DNA of 64,000 nt, taken from assembly GCA_002706065.1 (NCBI GenBank), contig PAJM01000017.1:12722-76721 (forward strand), in the 5' to 3' direction. This document shows, in pieces, positions 57,020-64,000 of this stretch. How positions within the stretch are numbered: the stretch's first letter is position 1; the number at the start of each line of letters is the position of its first letter. The notes under the pieces are model-generated. The model did not search any database. It saw nothing but the letters and a program-made list of their open reading frames with translations, and was not told the DNA's origin. Made by a program: the position numbers and the translations under genes. This stretch comes from Methanobacteriota archaeon (GTDB lineage: Archaea; Thermoplasmatota; Poseidoniia; Poseidoniales; Poseidoniaceae).

Positions 57020-58546
57020 ATGAGCAAACCAGCCAAAGCCAAGCGAGGTATTCCGAGCAAAGTTGAAGATTTCAACGCCTGGTATCCATTTATTGTAGAG
57101 GCTGCTGACCTTGTTGACAAACGATATCCAATCAAAGGAATGGACGTTTGGCGCCCATACGGCTGGAAAGCGATGAGGCAAATCGATGCACTTACACACA
57201 CTGAGATGGACCGTACAGGACATGAAGAAGTCAATTTTCCACTGCTTATTCCAGAAGATTTGTTGGAAAAAGAAAATGCATTGGTCGCACGATTAAAACG
57301 AGCACGTGAAGAAGGTGTAGATCCAGACGAACTTCGTGATGAGGTTGAAGAAGCTGGATTTAAGAAAGAAGTTTACTGGGTCAAACATGCTGGTGAAAAT
57401 GAACTGGATATACCGATGTTTCTACGACCGACAAGCGAGACTGCAATGTACACAATGTTTCCACTTTGGATTCGTAGTCACAAGGATTTGCCTCTCAAAG
57501 TCTACCAGATGGTGAACACCTTCCGTTATGAAACCAAACAAACGCGTTCCTTTATTCGAGTACGAGAGATTCATTTCTTTGAAGCACATACTGCTCATGC
57601 AAATGAGGACGATGCAACACAACAAATACAGCAAGATTTGGAGATTGTCGACCGGCTAATGCAACAACTTTGCTTGCCGATCATAAAAGCAAAACGACCG
57701 GTTTGGGATACATTCCCGGGAGCCCACTATACCATCGGAATTGATGCTGTGATGCCAAACGGTCGAACCCTCCAAGTTGCAAGTTGTCATCATTATCTTG
57801 ACCAATGGGCAAAAGCCTTCGATATTACATATGAAAATCTGGAGGCAAAACAACAACATGTCCACCAGACAACATACGGTATGTCTGAGCGATTGCTTGG
57901 TGCTGTTGTCGGGATGCATGGGGATGACTCTGGATTGATAATGCCGCCCGCTATTGCCCCGTGGCAGGTCGTCGTATGTCCGATGATTCGCAAGAATTCA
58001 GATGTTGACACAGTTGCTATTTCCCATGATGTCGCTGAAACACTGCGTGCCGCAGGATTACGTGTCCATGTTGATGATCGTGATCTCCATCCAGGTCAGA
58101 AGTACTACGATTGGGAAATTAAGGGTGTCCCTCTCAGATTAGATATCGGTCCACGTGATGTCGAGCAAGGGACGGCCTTCGCTGCAAAACGAACAGGCGG
58201 TAAGCAACCGCTGCCGATGGATTCAATTGTCGATTCTGTTAATGAAGTGCTCGATGAGATTTCCGATGTGCTTCGCTCACGCTCAACCGAACACATGGAA
58301 CACGTCATTCAGCCATTACCAGAATTTACTGAAGAAGATGGACAATGGCACATGAACGGTGATGTGAAAGATGGGCACATTTACGAGCTACCATTCGCAG
58401 GTTCTGATGCGCATGCAGAAGTTATAGAGCGAACTACGGGGCTTACATTCCTTGGCGACTCCACCGATGATTACGCTGAAGAGCGCCCGTGCCATATGAG
58501 CGGTGTACCAACAAAACGAAGGGTACTACTTGCTAAGACTTATTGA
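57020..58546 (+). CDS. proS: Prolyl-tRNA synthetase (archaeal/eukaryotic type)
   Basis: LRPTSET..Y, FRYETK, R.REI.F.EAHT, GMSER..GA..HGDD.GL, WE.KGVPLR. Confidence 0.96.
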   Translation: MSKPAKAKRGIPSKVEDFNAWYPFIVEAADLVDKRYPIKGMDVWRPYGWKAMRQIDALTHTEMDRTGHEEVNFPLLIPEDLLEKENALVARLKRAREEGVDPDELRDEVEEAGFKKEVYWVKHAGENELDIPMFLRPTSETAMYTMFPLWIRSHKDLPLKVYQMVNTFRYETKQTRSFIRVREIHFFEAHTAHANEDDATQQIQQDLEIVDRLMQQLCLPIIKAKRPVWDTFPGAHYTIGIDAVMPNGRTLQVASCHHYLDQWAKAFDITYENLEAKQQHVHQTTYGMSERLLGAVVGMHGDDSGLIMPPAIAPWQVVVCPMIRKNSDVDTVAISHDVAETLRAAGLRVHVDDRDLHPGQKYYDWEIKGVPLRLDIGPRDVEQGTAFAAKRTGGKQPLPMDSIVDSVNEVLDEISDVLRSRSTEHMEHVIQPLPEFTEEDGQWHMNGDVKDGHIYELPFAGSDAHAEVIERTTGLTFLGDSTDDYAEERPCHMSGVPTKRRVLLAKTY

Positions 58547-58866
58547 TTCTGAACCAATTGAAGAATTGACTCTGGTGGCCTTCCTAAAACAGCTTCACCA
58601 TTGTGTATGAGAACAGGTCGTTCCAAGCATTTTGGTTGAGACAAGAGCAAGTGTTGTATGGATTCAGCATCGAGATTTTTGAAATCATAATCGCCACTCA
58701 CGTCCTTCGTTCGAATAATGTTTGGAAGAGTGGATAAGATCTCGACATCATTGGAGTCTACACCTTCTGTGAGATACCTATACTCCTCAAAATCAATTCC
58801 AGCATCCGTAAGTAAAGCAACTGCTTGTCTCGATTTCGAACATCGTGGGTTGTGATACAGTCGCAT
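58540..58866 (-). CDS. arsC: ArsC/Spx-family (glutaredoxin-type arsenate reductase-like) protein
   Basis: YHNPRCSKSR, LERP, GRPPE. Confidence 0.85.
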   Translation of the reverse strand: MRLYHNPRCSKSRQAVALLTDAGIDFEEYRYLTEGVDSNDVEILSTLPNIIRTKDVSGDYDFKNLDAESIQHLLLSQPKCLERPVLIHNGEAVLGRPPESILQLVQNQ

Positions 58867-58881
58867 CAAATCAACCCAATA

Positions 58882-60252
58882 TCACATGCCAAAGCTTGAC
58901 GGATCCATGTCCATCTCACCATCTTTCATCATTTTTCGCATTTGTTTGTTCAACTTACGGTTTCCGCCCATTCCCTTCATCATTTTACGGGAACGTTTCC
59001 ATTGTGCAATGAGTTCACGAACATCCTTTTCTTTTACACCAGAGCCGCGGGCGATTCGTTGAATTCGTTCCGCTTTAATTTTAGCAGGTTCGTTCTTTTC
59101 CCATCCAGTCATAGAATCCATTATTGTCCGGTAACGGTCGAGATTCCCTTGCATGGCTTCTTTTTGAGATTTGGACATTCCACCAAGACCTCCGAACATA
59201 CTACCGGGTAGGAAAGACATGAGTTTGTCAATTGTGCCTACTTTGGCCATCATCTCCATTTGTTTGTACATGTCATTAAGTGTAAATCGGCCAGACATGA
59301 GGCGCTGTGTGAGACGCATGGCTTCTTCTTCGTCCAAATCCTCAGGTGCAAGGTCGATGAGACCACGTATGTCTCCCATTCCAAGAAGTCGCGAAATAAA
59401 TCGGTCAGCTTCGAATTTTTCAAGATCAGAAACTTTCTCTCCAACACCAATGTGGACAAGTGGAGCACCAGTGGCAGCAACGGCGGACAATGCACCACCT
59501 CCACGGGCAGTACCGTCGAGTTTTGTGACAACGATTCCCGTGACCCCTGCGAGGTCGTGGAATGAAGCAGCAACTGGCCCCGCAGCCTGACCAACTTGAG
59601 CATCGATGACGAGCCAACGTTCGGTTGCACGGGTTATTGATGCAATTCGTTCCAATTCATCAACAAGTTCCTCATCGAGTTGATGCCGTCCTGCAGTGTC
59701 AACGATGACGAGGTCGGCTGCTGAACACGCAGCAAGTCCATTACGAACAATCGTTGTTGCATCTTTTTCTTCTGGTTCTCCATAAACGGTTACAGTAGAA
59801 TCTTCCAATAATTGCGACAATTGAGCGTATGCACCTGGACGATGAACGTCAGCTTCGATCACTGCAACACGCAGTCCGTGCTTTTTCCGATACCATTCGG
59901 CTAACTTTGCGGTTGTTGTGGTCTTACCTTGACCGTACAGACCTACGAGGAGTAAGGTTGCACCACGAGGCTGAAACTCATGGTTTGTTCCGAGAATACG
60001 AACCAATTCGAGGTAGAGAATATTCATCGCATGTGTTTGAAGATCGATGCCTGGACGAGGTTCTTCCTCGCGCATTCGTTCTTCCAGACGATCGACAATC
60101 TCTTTGGTTTGTCGAACGTTAAAATCAGCCTCCTGTAATGCGCGACGAAGACTTTTGGTCATCTCTTTGAGTTCTTCTTCATTGAGACGACGTTTGCTAC
60201 GAAGGAGTCCAAGTGAGCGAAAAATCCCACGTGAGAGTCCCTCAAGCGCCAT
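58882..60252 (-). CDS. srp54: Signal recognition particle protein SRP54
   Basis: AL.EADFN, G..G.GKTTT, DTAGR, TKLDG.ARGG, Met-rich M domain (SMT..E, RIARGSG). Confidence 0.96.
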   Translation of the reverse strand: MALEGLSRGIFRSLGLLRSKRRLNEEELKEMTKSLRRALQEADFNVRQTKEIVDRLEERMREEEPRPGIDLQTHAMNILYLELVRILGTNHEFQPRGATLLLVGLYGQGKTTTTAKLAEWYRKKHGLRVAVIEADVHRPGAYAQLSQLLEDSTVTVYGEPEEKDATTIVRNGLAACSAADLVIVDTAGRHQLDEELVDELERIASITRATERWLVIDAQVGQAAGPVAASFHDLAGVTGIVVTKLDGTARGGGALSAVAATGAPLVHIGVGEKVSDLEKFEADRFISRLLGMGDIRGLIDLAPEDLDEEEAMRLTQRLMSGRFTLNDMYKQMEMMAKVGTIDKLMSFLPGSMFGGLGGMSKSQKEAMQGNLDRYRTIMDSMTGWEKNEPAKIKAERIQRIARGSGVKEKDVRELIAQWKRSRKMMKGMGGNRKLNKQMRKMMKDGEMDMDPSSFGM

Positions 60253-60293
60253 GCATTACCCACCAAGCCTTCTCCTTTGAATCCAACGGAAGT

Positions 60294-61544
60294 TCACTCC
60301 AAGAGTGGAACTTCCAATCGAAGGACATCATCCTCAAGTTTGGCTTTAATTTGTGATGACTTCGCTGGTGATGTTGTTGGTATTGCATGCTCCCGACCAT
60401 TCACTCCAACAAACAGCGTACCATCTTCACTTCGCAGTGAGAGATCATCTCGCTCAAGACCAGGGAAATGTAAATGGATAATTTCAACACCGTCACCTTG
60501 TTCGATGTAGGTACCTCGATGGATTGAATGTTGCAACCGATCTCCTACTGAATAAGGTCCAAGTTCTTTTGAAAGCGTTGTAACCTCACCGTACAATAAC
60601 ATCCCGTAAGTTCGGAGGCGTTCAAGCCCTTGCACTTCTGAATCAAACAAGTCCATTGTCGTAACTGGAATTTTCAAGGTGTCCACGAGTTCAGCAATAT
60701 GCCCCTGTTCTTCAGTACGTCGTCGTTGCAAGAATGGATGGTCTAGTTCTGGTGTAACGCGATTGACCAAACAACCCGTAACAGGTAACTCGTATTCGTT
60801 AAGGGAAGCATTCGCCCGCACAGTCTCGTTGACCCCCATCCGTTCTGGTATGGTGACAAGTGTGAACGATGTAGTCGAGGCATCACTCAAGACTCGGCGT
60901 ACATGTAGCACACGTCGTCGAAATCGCTCCAATTCCTCTTTCATTGCATCGCTTTGTTTTCGACCAAAAAGCATGGAGCGGATACCACCAGAGACGCGCA
61001 TCATACGAAGAAGTCGCCCAGACCATGCTTCAATCAGTTCAGGCAAAGAGAGGAAACGCAAGGTATGGCCTGTCGGAGCCGTATCAAAGACAATCACATC
61101 CCAGGCTGGATTTTCAACGTGTTTCAGCAATTCATCGAATGCAATCGCTTCATCGAGTCCTGGTAGAACCAATTCACTCGAATCAACTTCTTCCTTTATC
61201 GATGCCATTTCTTCCTTTGCTGATTGATCGAACATACCTCCAAGCCCACCCAGTGCAGCAAACGGTGATGAAGACATACCGGAGAGGCTTTCACCAAGTT
61301 TGGGCATGAAGGTTGAAAGTTTGGCCTCTGGATTCAATTCGAGACCAAAAAGACCGGGAACACCTTCGACCGGTGTTGGCTCAGATCCGAGTTGGACACC
61401 AAGTGAATCTGATGTTGAATGTGCTGGGTCACTTGAAACAAGGAGGACTTTGAGGCCAGAATCTGCCAGCCATACGGCTGTTGAGGCTGAAGTTGTGGTT
61501 TTCCCAACACCACCTTTTCCTCCAAACAACAACAATCTCGCCAT
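60294..61544 (-). CDS. ArsA/Get3-family ATPase with C-terminal HSP20/alpha-crystallin-like domain
   Basis: GGKGGVGKTT, SSDPAHS.SD, PGLDE, FDTAPTGHTLR.L; tail HFPGL....L.L..EDG.L.V...AKLEDDVLRLEVP. Confidence 0.9.
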   Translation of the reverse strand: MARLLLFGGKGGVGKTTTSASTAVWLADSGLKVLLVSSDPAHSTSDSLGVQLGSEPTPVEGVPGLFGLELNPEAKLSTFMPKLGESLSGMSSSPFAALGGLGGMFDQSAKEEMASIKEEVDSSELVLPGLDEAIAFDELLKHVENPAWDVIVFDTAPTGHTLRFLSLPELIEAWSGRLLRMMRVSGGIRSMLFGRKQSDAMKEELERFRRRVLHVRRVLSDASTTSFTLVTIPERMGVNETVRANASLNEYELPVTGCLVNRVTPELDHPFLQRRRTEEQGHIAELVDTLKIPVTTMDLFDSEVQGLERLRTYGMLLYGEVTTLSKELGPYSVGDRLQHSIHRGTYIEQGDGVEIIHLHFPGLERDDLSLRSEDGTLFVGVNGREHAIPTTSPAKSSQIKAKLEDDVLRLEVPLLE

Positions 61545-61630
61545 GGGCATGACAACTTGTGGAGGTGTTTGAACTCATTGCCTCCAATTGGTGCTAATCA
61601 TCTTATGTATGCGATTCATCAGGACGTCCT

Positions 61631-62413
61631 GTGGTCAATGAATTTCTCACATTCCAAGTTGCCGCAATTTGCGGTCTCATCGGAATGACGCTTGGTTGGC
61701 GCGGAGTCATGACAAAGTATTCCGGATTTTATGACCTACCAACAGCATGGAATCAAGTCTTCTGGGGCATTCTCCTGGGAGGAGCTTTTGCGTCCTATGC
61801 TGATTCTTCCCTGTTTTTACCTTATTATGATGCACAATTAACAGGTGAACGAAGTGCGGAATTGAATGTTTTTCGATTGTTTCTGATACCGTTAATCGCA
61901 ACGATTGGTATGCACTTTCTATTGCGTCGAAAGCGGGTTCGAAAAGGAGGTTCACAAGCGACCAGTGGTTGGGCACTGGGCGTCGCAGTGGGTGGAATGT
62001 TAGCCATTGTGTTGATCACCCGCCGTATTGAAGCCGACATCAGCACACCCATGCATGTAGCAACAGTTCTCCTCATTGGATTTTTTGCACCGAGAGCTGA
62101 AGCGATTATTGGGTCGTATCATGGAACGCTAATGTTGCGAGGCAAGCGTTGGGGTGCAATCCTTCGGGCAACGATTTGGAGGGCTTCAGCCCTGACCATG
62201 TTTTATTTTGCATTTTTCAACCTCATTGCTTGGATCTTCATCATCCCTCCAATTCTTCTTGTACAAAGTTCAGCAGAAAAATGGGTATGGGACTCCGTGC
62301 CAAAAGAAGGAAAGCGACGCTGGAGGAGAATGCAAGCAGATAAGAAGCGTCAAAATCAGCCTACATCGGCACTTCTTGAGCCGATTCATTCACTGCATGA
62401 ATCAGAGGAATGA
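61631..62413 (+). CDS. Hypothetical polytopic membrane protein
   Basis: GTG start; six to seven hydrophobic segments with basic cytoplasmic loops. Confidence 0.75.
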   Translation: MVNEFLTFQVAAICGLIGMTLGWRGVMTKYSGFYDLPTAWNQVFWGILLGGAFASYADSSLFLPYYDAQLTGERSAELNVFRLFLIPLIATIGMHFLLRRKRVRKGGSQATSGWALGVAVGGMLAIVLITRRIEADISTPMHVATVLLIGFFAPRAEAIIGSYHGTLMLRGKRWGAILRATIWRASALTMFYFAFFNLIAWIFIIPPILLVQSSAEKWVWDSVPKEGKRRWRRMQADKKRQNQPTSALLEPIHSLHESEE

Positions 62414-62498
62414 TATCGCGCCCTCGGACCTCCTCTATCAATGGTTTGGTCGGTCATCTCACACAACCATTAAACCATGACTGCGAAACCAAGTGGGT

Positions 62499-64000
62499 AT
62501 GGGTTCATGCCCGTATTGCAGTGCGACCACGCTGGATGGCGATACCATTTGCTATTCTTGCGGGAGAGTGTTAGCAAACAGTTCCATCATGGAAAGCAGA
62601 ATTCACCTCCAGAGAGATCGACATAAAGGTTCCAATACATATCGAATGACATCCACTCCGCATCGACGAGGTATTGTGCAAACCGATCGTGGTCGAACCA
62701 AAAACATCCTCAAAGGTAGGAAAAATCGTTTTCGAAGCCTCATCATGCTTGGGTTGGTGGCGTTCATTATGCTTTCACCACAAGCACGTGAAATGACAAT
62801 GGGAAAGATTTCTGAGGCAAAGGAATTCATCACGAATCCGACATCAGGCTATCTCGTGTATGACATTGAGGCTGATTACACGCTCAATCGAATCGTAACG
62901 TTCCAGAACGAAGACAGTGATATGAACGAATTTTTCAATGAAACGTTGCCTATTTCCCCCGACGTCTATGCAGTTGAAAACAGCAATTCGATGTATACGT
63001 ACACTGACGGAACGCAAGATTTACCAAATCCAAAAATACAGGACGTCACTGCCATCGAATTGAGGATTGATGGTCAATCGATCAACATACCACTAGAGAA
63101 TGCTGCGATACGATCACATGCAGATGCGTTTATCACACCAGGCGGTCATAAAGTTTGGTGGCCAGGAACATCAGGTTCTGGTTCTCATTTCTGCATCGGA
63201 GGACCGTGTGTTAAAGTCAACATCAACCTTGGTCCAAATCAAGAACTCAGTTTCGAATATCTTGTTACCATTAGCACCAAATCGTATACTTGGTGGTCCG
63301 ATGTGGACGATGTCGACCCAAGAATCCCTGGATATTCATCCGGAATGCTTGAAGAGCATAGCGGAACGTTTGATGATTTTCAAAATCGAGGCAATGGGGA
63401 ACGTGAATCTGAATTCACCGCCATTCGTTGGTACGATAAAAACCGCCCAGATTACGCTATCGATGCGACGGCAGCAAATGTTATCGCAGCCGTATCAGCA
63501 ATAGATTCCAATTTACCGGATGGAAATCAAAATGCATTCACATTTGCGAAAGCAGCCTTCGATTACATACGAGATAATATCGAATATTATACAGATCCGA
63601 CATCAAAATCTGCTGCGTTAAGCGGACCTTCGTGTTTAGCTGCAGGGCAAGGTGACTGTGATGAACAAACCAATGCTTTCCTCAGTTTATTGAGAGCGAA
63701 AGGGATTCCAGGATGGTACGTATTTGGGATTCTATCAAGCAAGTCCTACACCAAATGGGAAGCACACGCATGGGGTTACATCCAATTACCAATGTCAACG
63801 GAATGGTGCAATGAGAACAACATCGAATTGGACAGTTGCTATGTTGAAGCATCTGTTGATGTAACCAACAACAAGTGGCTGTTGCATACAGCCTCTGCTC
63901 TTATCGATTGGATTGAACAACCTGATCCCAATAGAGATGGAACCTACATCAATGCCTATTACCGTCCTCTTTCTTACTCAGACAAAGATGGCGATGACGA
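62499..64000 (+). CDS. Zinc-ribbon + TM + transglutaminase-like (cysteine protease fold) protein, truncated at window edge
   Basis: Manual translation from ATG 62499: MGSCPYC...ICYSCGR, TM LIMLGLVAFIMLS, then AFDYIRDNIEY, GQGDCDEQ, LLRAKGIP, HAWG, VDVT (Cys-His-Asp). Confidence 0.85.
   Translation, partial: MGSCPYCSATTLDGDTICYSCGRVLANSSIMESRIHLQRDRHKGSNTYRMTSTPHRRGIVQTDRGRTKNILKGRKNRFRSLIMLGLVAFIMLSPQAREMTMGKISEAKEFITNPTSGYLVYDIEADYTLNRIVTFQNEDSDMNEFFNETLPISPDVYAVENSNSMYTYTDGTQDLPNPKIQDVTAIELRIDGQSINIPLENAAIRSHADAFITPGGHKVWWPGTSGSGSHFCIGGPCVKVNINLGPNQELSFEYLVTISTKSYTWWSDVDDVDPRIPGYSSGMLEEHSGTFDDFQNRGNGERESEFTAIRWYDKNRPDYAIDATAANVIAAVSAIDSNLPDGNQNAFTFAKAAFDYIRDNIEYYTDPTSKSAALSGPSCLAAGQGDCDEQTNAFLSLLRAKGIPGWYVFGILSSKSYTKWEAHAWGYIQLPMSTEWCNENNIELDSCYVEASVDVTNNKWLLHTASALIDWIEQPDPNRDGTYINAYYRPLSYSDKDGDD

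Noticed and set aside
58540-61544. Arsenic-resistance operon (arsA + arsC)
   Set aside because: No arsB/acr3, arsR or arsD; the ATPase is single-domain with one Cys; srp54 lies between the two genes

Overview
A gene-dense archaeal chromosomal segment. It encodes archaeal ribosomal proteins S19e, L39e, L31e and S17e, plus PAN, aMBF1, Tsr3, Kae1, PriS, SRP54 and tRNA-Val(GAC). The mix of archaeal informational genes and bacterial-type catabolic genes suggests a marine Thermoplasmatota, probably Marine Group II/Poseidoniales (inference). Metabolic content: a preQ0 operon (RHH regulator-folE-queE-queC-msrB-queD), a complete but dispersed histidine degradation route (hutH, hutU, hutI, split FTCD), methylmalonyl-CoA mutase and epimerase, futalosine menaquinone genes (mqnE, mqnA, mqnD), split transketolase plus transaldolase, YdeP/FdhD and several transporters. 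I saw no CRISPR array, transposase or integrase. Five genes missing from the ORF track were read by hand: rpl39e, the RHH regulator, a DUF5679-like zinc ribbon and the two edge-truncated genes. Main observations: (1) a half-size deoxyhypusine hydroxylase (DOHH)-like protein with two HE motifs at DOHH spacing; (2) a membrane-anchored protein combining five EF-hand loops with a double zinc ribbon, divergent from a DUF835 gene, with an SPCA-like Ca pump in the same window; (3) a non-canonical TT[CG]WWRAA promoter octamer exactly 21 nt before many ATGs, once used bidirectionally; (4) a QueC lacking all four zinc ligands, in an operon led by an RHH gene with a candidate operator; (5) a Get3/ArsA-HSP20 fusion gene beside srp54. 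All family assignments come from motif recognition by eye, not from database searches.
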